Positions 8,820 to 16,733 of a stretch of DNA of 27,593 nucleotides are shown here, in pieces. Made by a program: the position numbers and the translations under genes. The stretch covers positions 1 to 27,593 of the forward strand of contig CAXHAT010000098.1 of the NCBI GenBank assembly GCA_964014485.1, given 5' to 3'. The stretch is from an uncultured Deferribacteres bacterium (GTDB lineage Bacteria; Zhuqueibacterota; Zhuqueibacteria; Zhuqueibacterales; Geothermadaptataceae). The first letter of the stretch is position 1; every line of letters starts with the position of its first letter. The notes under the pieces were generated by a model, which worked only from the letters and a program-made list of their open reading frames with translations, was not told where the DNA came from and searched no databases.

Positions 8820-11236
8820 ATGAAGAGCGGGAATTTTGCAGGATACGCTTCATTCATCATTTCGTAAACTTTCTCAAAAATCTCTTCGACATTGGGCTTG
8901 GAAAAGTAATCGCCGTCCGAACCGTAAGCCGGGCGATGTTCTTTCGAAGAAATGGTGCGAGGCTCCGAATCGAGCCAGTGGTAACCGCCTTGTTTTTCAA
9001 TGACCTCGCACATCATGTACGCCGTACCGCCGCCGGGAACGTCCTCGTCTATAAAAACGATGCGACTGGTTTTCTTGAGCGATTCTAAAATAACGCCGTT
9101 GCGATCAAACGGGAGCAAACTCTGCACATCGATCACTTCCGGCTCCACCCCAACTTTTGCCAGCTTTTCCGCAGCTTCGAGCGTGATTCTACAGCATGCG
9201 CCGTAGGTGACGAGCGTGACGTCGCGGCCGTCGCGTAGAATTTCGGGTACGCCTAACGGGACGGTGAATTCGCCGATATTCTTTGGCAGCGGTTCACGTA
9301 TGCGATAGCCGTTGAGCACTTCAATGATGAGCGCGGCGTCATCGGATCGCAGCATGGTGTTATAAAATCCAGCGGCCTGGGTCATGTTGCGCGGGACGAG
9401 GACGTATATACCGCGCAAAAGATTGATTATGCTGGACATAGGTGAGCCAGAGTGCCAAACGCCTTCGAGCCGGTGCCCGCGAGTACGAATAATGGCCGGC
9501 GCTTTTTGCCCGGCTTTGGTACGCCATTGCACGGTCGCGAGATCGTCGGACATGATTTGGAGAGCGTACAGCAAGTAGTCCAAGTATTGAATCTCGGCAA
9601 TGGGTCGCAGGCCGCGCATAGCCAAACCAATTGCCTGCCCGATAATCGAAGCTTCTCGGATGCCGACGTCACTGACGCGCAATTCGCCGTACTTTTCCTG
9701 CATGCCCTTGAATCCTTGATTGACGTCGCCCAGCTTCCCCAAGTCTTCGCCAAACGCGAGCACCCTCGGATCACGTGCAAAAGCGGCGTCGAAACAAGCA
9801 TTCAACACATCGAATCCCATGAGGTGTTCCGGCTTTTCAGAGAATTCAGCCTTAATTTCCGGAATCTTTAGAGCGGATTTTTCAGAAGCGCTGTAAAGAT
9901 ATGAACCGTACCGATTTCCGCCTTCATCTAATTGCCGACGCTTCCAATCGAGCAATTCCCGGCGGGCCGGTGATTCTGAATTGCGGGTTAAAATCAACGC
10001 GTCATTGGCTGACGCCAAAATGTCTCGATGCAAAGGATAGGGAATCGCCGCCAATTGACTGCGCACGTTCTGAAGTTCGGAAGACGTCGTCCCGTTATTG
10101 TTCATTTCGTCGATTAATCCGGTGACAAAGCTGCGTTCTTTCTGAATCGGTTCAAGATAAGCTTTCCAGGCGCGATCCCGAGCGTCCGCCACATTTTGGC
10201 GCTCTTCGCTGTCGATAATTTCAAGATCGGCGTCTGACAACAACTCCTGCTCCAGCATCCATTCGCCCATTCTCTTGATGCAGTCATGGTCGTTCTCCCA
10301 TTGCAGACGCTCTTGCGATTTATAGCGCTCATGGCTGCCCGAGGTCGAATGCCCTTGCGGCTGGGTCAGCTCAATAACATGAATAATGGCAGGGATGTGT
10401 TCTTTGCGAACGCTTGCGGCGGCCTTTGTGTATGTTTCAACGAGCGAAGGATAGTCCCAGCCCTTAACCGTATAAAGATTGTAGCCTTCTTTCGAACGGC
10501 CTTTGCGCTTGAAGCCTTGCAGCAGTTCGGATAGATTTTGTTTGGTGAGTTGATATTTGTTGCTAACGGAAATACCGTAATCGTCGTCCCAAACCGAGAG
10601 CAACATGGGAACGGAGAGCACGCCGGCGGCATTGACCGACTCCCAGAATAATCCTTCGGCGCAGCTTGCGTTTCCGATCGTGCCAAATGCGATTTCATTC
10701 CCCTTTTTTGAGAAATTCTCGAATTGGTGCAGATCATCCAATTGCCGATAGAGTTTTGAGGCCTGCGCCAGCCCGACAAGCCGCGGCATTTGGCTTCCCG
10801 TCGGCGAAACGTCGGCGGAGGAGTTGTAAGATTCTGTCAGATTTTTCCAATTTCCGGCTTCGTCAAGGCTTCTCGTCGCGAAATGTCCGGTCATAGAGCG
10901 GCCGGCGCTCATCGGTTCAGCTTCAACATCCGCATGGGCGTAAAGCTGCGCGAAGAATTCTTGCGCTGTGTGGATTCCCAAAGCGAACATAAACGTTTGA
11001 TCACGGTAATATCCGGAACGAAAGTCGCCTTTTTTGAATGCTTTCGCCATCGCAAGCTGAGGCACTTCCTTGCCGTCGCCGAAAATGCCGAATTTCGCTT
11101 TTCCGCCCATAACTTCACGCCTGCCGATCAAGCTGGCGTGTCGGCTGCGCAACGCCCAGCGATAATCTTGCAGGATTTCGTCACGCGATAATTTAGTTTT
11201 GCCAAGCTCTATGACTTTTGCTTCCAAGTCAACCAT
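8816..11236 (-). CDS. Fused E1 alpha/beta 2-oxoacid (2-oxoisovalerate-type) dehydrogenase, TPP-dependent
   Basis: GKAKFGIFGDGKE, GHSTSGSHERYK, AFGEDLGKLGDV, GLRPIAEIQYLDY and HRPAYGSDGDYFSKP; Bacteroidetes-type fused architecture. Confidence 0.92.
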   Translation of the reverse strand: MVDLEAKVIELGKTKLSRDEILQDYRWALRSRHASLIGRREVMGGKAKFGIFGDGKEVPQLAMAKAFKKGDFRSGYYRDQTFMFALGIHTAQEFFAQLYAHADVEAEPMSAGRSMTGHFATRSLDEAGNWKNLTESYNSSADVSPTGSQMPRLVGLAQASKLYRQLDDLHQFENFSKKGNEIAFGTIGNASCAEGLFWESVNAAGVLSVPMLLSVWDDDYGISVSNKYQLTKQNLSELLQGFKRKGRSKEGYNLYTVKGWDYPSLVETYTKAAASVRKEHIPAIIHVIELTQPQGHSTSGSHERYKSQERLQWENDHDCIKRMGEWMLEQELLSDADLEIIDSEERQNVADARDRAWKAYLEPIQKERSFVTGLIDEMNNNGTTSSELQNVRSQLAAIPYPLHRDILASANDALILTRNSESPARRELLDWKRRQLDEGGNRYGSYLYSASEKSALKIPEIKAEFSEKPEHLMGFDVLNACFDAAFARDPRVLAFGEDLGKLGDVNQGFKGMQEKYGELRVSDVGIREASIIGQAIGLAMRGLRPIAEIQYLDYLLYALQIMSDDLATVQWRTKAGQKAPAIIRTRGHRLEGVWHSGSPMSSIINLLRGIYVLVPRNMTQAAGFYNTMLRSDDAALIIEVLNGYRIREPLPKNIGEFTVPLGVPEILRDGRDVTLVTYGACCRITLEAAEKLAKVGVEPEVIDVQSLLPFDRNGVILESLKKTSRIVFIDEDVPGGGTAYMMCEVIEKQGGYHWLDSEPRTISSKEHRPAYGSDGDYFSKPNVEEIFEKVYEMMNEAYPAKFPLFM

Positions 11237-11479
11237 TGTCCGTCTCCTATTTCCTCATATTGGGACAAAATTTTGTATCGTATGCGGTTTTTATCTCTTG
11301 AGATTTCGTAAAGCTAAGTAAAAATAGAAAACTATCAAGCAAAGAAGGTCGGCTTTTGCTGGCGGTTTTGTCGCATCTGAAGCTATATTTGTAAAAAACG
11401 AACCGCTGTCTTAATTCATCAACTCAAGGAGTTTTTTTACTTAGCGATTTCGGGAAGTTATCGCAAAGGCCCAATCTGT

Positions 11480-12196
11480 ATGAAGCATTCGCAGGTTCTC
11501 AACTACATTCACGACTTAAAAAACCCCGAAGCGTTGGTGGAAATTTCAAACATCGCAACACAGCGGTACAAGGAACTTCTCAACCAGTCCGCATTTTCAA
11601 TTAACAACCTTGACGTCGGAGCGTCAGTATCTTTTTTCCTTCGGGGCGGAGAAAAATTGCGGGGCGTTATTGAGAACAGAGGCAGGGTTAATTTTCGCGT
11701 CAAAGTCGAAGACGGCAGAACATTCCGCGTACCCAGGGGATTGGTTTTTGGTGAAAACGCTCGTCCGAAACGTTTCGAAAGCTCCCGAAAATCTGACGCC
11801 GTTTTAAAGCAAGTGATCGAGCACGTTATTGAAATCACAGAGTCGCTTCTTGCAAAACACAAAATCACATTGCCGGTCATTTATAAGCCCAATGTTTGGG
11901 CCACGCATTTTCGCCCAAAAAAGCATATTCAATATGGCGAGCTTTGTCTTCGCAAACAAATCGCTGAAAGCCGAACGAACGACAGTGTCAGTTCAAACTT
12001 AAAGCGTTTCGGACTTCTTTCTCACGCAAGTTCCAGGCTTGCAATGTTAATTTGTCACGAAACGGCTCATGCAGTGACATTCCTAAAATATGGGAATCGA
12101 GTCAAAGCGCATGGCGGAGAATATTATCACACACTCGGAAATCTTGTTGCAGAAGAATATGACGGTATACTGAAGCGGATGACTAAAATTTTATAG
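11480..12196 (+). CDS. Hypothetical protein with SH3/KOW-like N-terminal region and SprT-like HExxH zincin motif
   Basis: VG..VSF..RGG..LRGVIE..GRVNFRVK.EDG..FRVP beta-barrel pattern; LICHETAHAV...HGGEY (HExxH plus distal HG). Confidence 0.65.
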   Translation: MKHSQVLNYIHDLKNPEALVEISNIATQRYKELLNQSAFSINNLDVGASVSFFLRGGEKLRGVIENRGRVNFRVKVEDGRTFRVPRGLVFGENARPKRFESSRKSDAVLKQVIEHVIEITESLLAKHKITLPVIYKPNVWATHFRPKKHIQYGELCLRKQIAESRTNDSVSSNLKRFGLLSHASSRLAMLICHETAHAVTFLKYGNRVKAHGGEYYHTLGNLVAEEYDGILKRMTKIL

Positions 12197-12247
12197 ACCG
12201 ACAAATATTGCATTCTGCTATTGAACTCACTTACCCTGCGGAGAACA

Positions 12248-12658
12248 ATGAGTATTGAAAATATCGCCAATCCTGTCACCGACGGTGACGTCGTTCTGAT
12301 TTATGTTGACGAAAAACCTGTTTTTTTTGCACGTGTCGAGGGCTTTGAGTCAGATAAGAAGCCCAAATGGTGGCAAGTTCGGCTGCTCATTTTGCAAGTT
12401 CCCTTGCAAGAAGTCAATTGGATTTTACGGCGTGAACAAGTCAACGGCGAACCATTTACAATGCAAGGTACTCCGATGCGGATTGAGAAGGTTCTCAGCC
12501 CGGAGTCTAAATCGCTTTCAGTCGCAACGCCCGCAAGCGAAGAGGCGGAAGAGAATGGGAACGCGGTTCAGCAGGAGCCGGATGAACAATCATCAACCCA
12601 GCCCGCAAGGATACTTTCACTTGGCGGCGACAAAAGCGACGGGACTAACTCCGGCTAA
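12248..12658 (+). CDS. Conserved-looking hypothetical protein with acidic disordered tail
   Basis: ATG at 12248 with GGAG SD; GDVVLIY.DEKP.FFARVE....D.KP.WWQV.LL.LQVP.....WILR...NG.PFTM.G. Confidence 0.75.
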   Translation: MSIENIANPVTDGDVVLIYVDEKPVFFARVEGFESDKKPKWWQVRLLILQVPLQEVNWILRREQVNGEPFTMQGTPMRIEKVLSPESKSLSVATPASEEAEENGNAVQQEPDEQSSTQPARILSLGGDKSDGTNSG

Positions 12659-12740
12659 CTCCGCTTGGTTTATCCTGAGAGCATAGAAAATAGATACTTA
12701 AACCAAGCAAGCAATTTGAACCAAAAAGGGGAGAAGGTTC

Positions 12741-13460
12741 ATGGGTAAGCCCAAACAAAGAGTACGATTAGGAGCTGGTCGGATGCTGCCTTCGATGTGG
12801 GGTAACGAGCAAGAATTCTTGAGGTACTGCGCAGAGCATCCCGATGACGCCGAAGCCTGGAACATGTTTTATGATGCGTTCGACGAATTCATCATCTTGA
12901 TCTCCTACAGGGAAACAGAGCGCTATTTTGGCCCGTCAGGCTTTCAATCCAACGGCCCGACCGTTCAAGACGTGGTACAAGATACTTATTTCAAGTTGGT
13001 CAAGGATGATTGCGAGGTTCTAAAGCGGTTTAGAGGCGATTCGTTCGTCGCTTTTCGTAGTTTTCTTGCCGTAATGATTCGCAATCTGGTGGGAAATCAC
13101 AAAACGGCCGCCAATGCGGCAAAGCGCCCCAAAATTGATCCGGGTCCAAATTCGCAAGACAACGAATATCTTGAGCGTCAGCTATTCGATTTGTCTTATC
13201 GCCAAAAAAACCTCGAGAGTTTGAGAGACGAAACGGTCAACTATAAAATGTTGTACTTGGACGTAAAAAAGCTTTTAGATGAATATGCAAAGTTAGACGA
13301 CCAAAACGCAAGAAACGCACTTATTGCAAAGTACTATTTTCTCGATGATCTTCCCGTGTCTGACATTGCTGAAAACTATTTGTCGGATATAAAGGAGAAG
13401 ACAATCAGTAATAACATCAGCATGATGAAACAATATCTCAAAAAGAATTTGGGAGGATAG
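12741..13460 (+). CDS. ECF-type RNA polymerase sigma factor (divergent)
   Basis: Region 2: DAEAWNMFY...VQDVVQDTYFKL...LKRFRG...FRSFLAVMIRN. Region 4: YYFLDDLPVSDIAE...EKTISNNIS..KQYLK. GGGGAG SD; followed by a zf-HC2 gene. Confidence 0.85.
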   Translation: MGKPKQRVRLGAGRMLPSMWGNEQEFLRYCAEHPDDAEAWNMFYDAFDEFIILISYRETERYFGPSGFQSNGPTVQDVVQDTYFKLVKDDCEVLKRFRGDSFVAFRSFLAVMIRNLVGNHKTAANAAKRPKIDPGPNSQDNEYLERQLFDLSYRQKNLESLRDETVNYKMLYLDVKKLLDEYAKLDDQNARNALIAKYYFLDDLPVSDIAENYLSDIKEKTISNNISMMKQYLKKNLGG

Positions 13461-13604
13461 TCTGCAATTTCCGCAGATCGACGAACGGAAAGACGTTTTT
13501 GCTCCAGTTTTCGCATGAAAATATTTACTGGACAATCACACTGAAGCTATTTATTACTCAAGCTTATCCAAGCGCGATAAATTAGAAAAATTAATTAATT
13601 TAGC

Positions 13605-13633
13605 GGGAAACTTCCCCAAAATATATTGTCCAA
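13605..13633 (+). promoter_or_regulatory. Candidate ECF-sigma promoter upstream of the anti-sigma gene
   Basis: GGGAAACTT-N14-GTCCAA resembles the GGAACTT / GTC-TCAA ECF consensus; preceded by an AT-rich palindrome AAATTAATTAATTT. Confidence 0.4.
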
Positions 13634-13678
13634 TGATCCGTTAGCCCGGATTTAACAAACAATAAAGGGGAATTAATC

Positions 13679-14674
13679 ATGATAACAAACGATCCAATGT
13701 ACCATCCATCTCTTGAAAAACTATACGATTTTCAGCAAAAAAACCTTTCAGACGATGAGCAAGTTAAAATAGAAATCCACTTGTCTAAATGTGATACTTG
13801 CCTGGAAGAATATTCATCTTTTGTTCGCAACGCCACAACGCCTGCAACGCTGGAAGAAAAACACGCCATTCAGAGAATGCGTAAATTGACCAAAGATGAG
13901 CAAGTCGAAAAAATAATGACGTATGCCGGGCGGAGCGCCCCAGCAATCGCCGCCGACCCGCCTCGCGGTAATACGCTTATGGCAATTGCACGCACAATTT
14001 TTCAGAGTCAAAATACGCTCAAATTGGTCGGATTTGCAGCCGCTACAGTGCTAATATTCGTCTCCTGGAAAATTATGAACCCATCCTTTGAAATGCATAA
14101 AGTCGACGAGAAAATAGATAAAATCGACCAAGATATTACCAGCGCCTATAAACCTAAGGCCGATTCTCCGGTTCGTTTCATGAACAGCACTCCCCCACAC
14201 CCTCTTGGGGATGAGATGGGTGGATCAGCTTCGGACGCATTGATCGCGCAGTTGCGCAAGGACGCCGAAAGCGGTAGCCAAACAGATTCGCTGCATGCCA
14301 TACGCGTTATACTCAAAAAACTCATTATTGGCGGGAACACATCGGAAGCGCAAAAGATGGCGAACAGCCTGTACAACTTCAAAGACAAGGGCGATCTGCA
14401 TTTTCTCGTCGATTTAGCCTCTGCAAATATTGAACTGGGGAACTCACTTCGCGGCACAGAACTTTTCAAGTTAGCGAATGAAAAATACCCCAATTCCGCT
14501 TCCGTTCTTTATAGTCTTGCCCAACTCGCCTGGGAAAAACAAGAACAAGGCAAAGCGATAGCCTTAATGCGGGAATCAATTAAACATGAAACTCACGCAA
14601 GATGGGCAACCGTTTCAGAGGGTATAGTAGAAAAATGGGAAGCTGAGATTAAAAATCGGGAAAAGCTGCATTAA
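13679..14674 (+). CDS. Anti-sigma factor: zf-HC2 (ZAS) domain, single TM helix, C-terminal TPR
   Basis: H9...H34-LSK-C38-DT-C41; TM LVGFAAATVLIFVSW; TPR-like YPNSASVLYSLAQLAWEKQEQGKAIALMRESIK; AAAGGGG SD. Confidence 0.85.
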   Translation: MITNDPMYHPSLEKLYDFQQKNLSDDEQVKIEIHLSKCDTCLEEYSSFVRNATTPATLEEKHAIQRMRKLTKDEQVEKIMTYAGRSAPAIAADPPRGNTLMAIARTIFQSQNTLKLVGFAAATVLIFVSWKIMNPSFEMHKVDEKIDKIDQDITSAYKPKADSPVRFMNSTPPHPLGDEMGGSASDALIAQLRKDAESGSQTDSLHAIRVILKKLIIGGNTSEAQKMANSLYNFKDKGDLHFLVDLASANIELGNSLRGTELFKLANEKYPNSASVLYSLAQLAWEKQEQGKAIALMRESIKHETHARWATVSEGIVEKWEAEIKNREKLH

Positions 14675-14880
14675 ACACCAACTAAAGCATCAAGGTTTAA
14701 AGGGGCGTCGCTCAACTTCACACGATCATCTCAAACGCGCTCTTTCTATTATCGCTTAACTCAAAAAACGTGTTCGAATGAAATTTCGGAAAATGAGCGC
14801 AGTCGAAATCTCATTATTGCGGATTTGAGTTCAAGCTAAACATCGCTTCTTAGTCATCACTCAACAAAGAGGGGTAAATT

Positions 14881-16377
14881 ATGCAAAAGTCCAACCATCA
14901 TGCGTCGCCTTTCCGTGAACGTACGCCGTTGAGCAACGCAAATGAGGCTGACAAAATTGCTGTAGAGCTACTAGAGTTGATTTTGGGAAGAATGACCAGC
15001 GCGAAGTTTGACGCTGCTGAGATCGAAAAATCAGTCGCACATTTAGAAGCGTCGCCTCAGCACAAAGTCGACCTGCCGAAAGCTGATTCATCTGTTTCAC
15101 AGACGAATGTCGCCGCTTTCGAAACTGCCTTGCGGAGCTTTCATTGGTACCTGCCTTTCGACAAAGCCGCGCGAAGCAGTGAAGAGCTTGATCATGCCAA
15201 AAGTTTAGCAGAAAAAGTGGATAACTACCGGAAAACCGACTACTGGTTGCCTTTAACTGAATATCTTGGCGATTCAACTGTCGAGCAACGCAGAGCTTGG
15301 CAGGCTGCCAGGTACGCACATCTGGAAGCCCAGAGGGCTCTCCATCAAGGGGATTTCGCCAGCGTGAAAGATAACGCCATTTATGGATATCAAAAATTGT
15401 CGGATGCACCGGACGAAAGGTTATTTCTAAACCTTAGCGCGCGTGTACAATCTGCGCTCGCTCTCGGGGACAAAGCAATCAATCTGGCAGTCTTTCTTGG
15501 CCAATGGTTATTTAACAAAGGCAAAAAAATTGGATTTCATATGCTTTCTGCGAACGTCGCTTATAATATGGGCGACCAACTGATTCTTAACGGGAGGTTC
15601 GACGAAGCAAATCACTGGCTAATAGAAACTGAGAAGGTCGCAACTAGCTGGCCAAACATCCGGAAGATTGGTTATTACAAAACCTTTGCTCTTGAACGAA
15701 AAGCAGTTGTCGCCAGAAGGCGCCGAGATTTGACAAAAGCCAGAAAACTTTTGGAACAATTCAAAAAAGAAGTTGATGCAGCCAAGAATGAGAAATGGGG
15801 GAACGAGAAGAAAGCTGAGATTCTTTATTACCAAGGTCTTGGGTTGATTTATGAAGAGGACAAAAAACACGATAAGGCGGAAGCAGCTTTTCATCAAGCA
15901 CACTCTCTTGCCTCAGCCAAGCCAACGAACGGGCAATCCAAGTATGAAGACGCTTACAATGCATGGGCGGCCAAGACTGCACTTGCCTGCAACAGCTTGC
16001 TAGCACGGCAAGACTCAGCCAAAACACTCAAACACCTTGAAGACGCCGTAGACGTCGGCTCCCAAATTCCCGGCTTTCTGAACGCAGACAGACGATGCAC
16101 CGTCGAGATTTATAGAGCGGAAGCGTTTATGAATAACGGCAATGATTCTGACGCCGAAGCCTGTTTGCAGAGAGCCGAAGAATTGCTGGAAGCTGTAGAT
16201 TCGCCTCGCCTTACGGCTCGTAAAAGAATAACGGACGCACAATTTCTCATCAATCGCGGCGAAAAAGCGGAAAGTGATCAGCGTTTTGATGAAGCGGAAC
16301 AGATATCCGCTGAACACGGCATTTACAATTACCTCGAAATGATCAAAGGCTTGCGAAATACAGATCAATCAAGCTAA
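14881..16377 (+). CDS. TPR-repeat protein, paralog of the TPR region of the downstream CHAT protein, lacking the protease domain
   Basis: TPR patterns (AYNMGDQLILNGRFDEA; YQGLGLIYEEDKKHDKAEAAF); collinear shared motifs with 16734-19892; GAGGGG SD. Confidence 0.85.
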   Translation: MQKSNHHASPFRERTPLSNANEADKIAVELLELILGRMTSAKFDAAEIEKSVAHLEASPQHKVDLPKADSSVSQTNVAAFETALRSFHWYLPFDKAARSSEELDHAKSLAEKVDNYRKTDYWLPLTEYLGDSTVEQRRAWQAARYAHLEAQRALHQGDFASVKDNAIYGYQKLSDAPDERLFLNLSARVQSALALGDKAINLAVFLGQWLFNKGKKIGFHMLSANVAYNMGDQLILNGRFDEANHWLIETEKVATSWPNIRKIGYYKTFALERKAVVARRRRDLTKARKLLEQFKKEVDAAKNEKWGNEKKAEILYYQGLGLIYEEDKKHDKAEAAFHQAHSLASAKPTNGQSKYEDAYNAWAAKTALACNSLLARQDSAKTLKHLEDAVDVGSQIPGFLNADRRCTVEIYRAEAFMNNGNDSDAEACLQRAEELLEAVDSPRLTARKRITDAQFLINRGEKAESDQRFDEAEQISAEHGIYNYLEMIKGLRNTDQSS

Positions 16378-16409
16378 ACTCACTTCTAATCTTTCAAAGG
16401 AGAAAAAGC

Positions 16410-16490
16410 ATGATTCTGAACATCAAAGTTGTTATGACCGAAGCAAGCGGCGGCGGCGGTCCAATCGACGATCCGCCGGATCCGGATTGA
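16410..16490 (+). CDS. Unannotated 26-aa peptide MILNIKVVMTEASGGGGPIDDPPDPD
   Basis: AAAGGAG SD 7 nt upstream of the ATG at 16410, 32 nt after the TPR gene stop; TGA at 16488-16490; GC-rich Gly/Pro/Asp codons within AT-rich intergenic DNA. Shorter than any ORF in the track. Confidence 0.75.
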   Translation: MILNIKVVMTEASGGGGPIDDPPDPD

Positions 16491-16733
16491 TTGACTGAAT
16501 TTGCCTCGAGCAATCAAAAAAACATCGGCAGAGAATCCATTTCAAAAAATGTGACTTCTCTGTCGATAAATCCTATATTTTTCATAGAAAACTCACCCAT
16601 TTTTCAACCCGCCCCGGCATTCACTATTTGTCTTCCCTTCTTTGGCTTTTTTGAGCTTTCTCCTCAACAAAAATTATGTTATTCTTTATTTACAATTTTT
16701 GCATAAATAAACGACAATAGCACTTTCCTAACT

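Noticed and set aside
3019..11191. Numerous 60-208 aa alternative-frame and antisense ORFs
   Set aside because: All overlap well-supported genes and lack recognisable motifs; the same applies to those within 20000-27500.
14675..14839. 54 open codons in frame after the anti-sigma stop (possible readthrough or premature stop)
   Set aside because: The stop is TAA, the translation does not look TPR-like, and an open run of this length is plausible by chance.
16491..16706. 71-aa TTG ORF after the peptide gene
   Set aside because: No SD, low-complexity Phe/Ser-rich translation of AT-rich intergenic DNA; more likely the CHAT promoter region.
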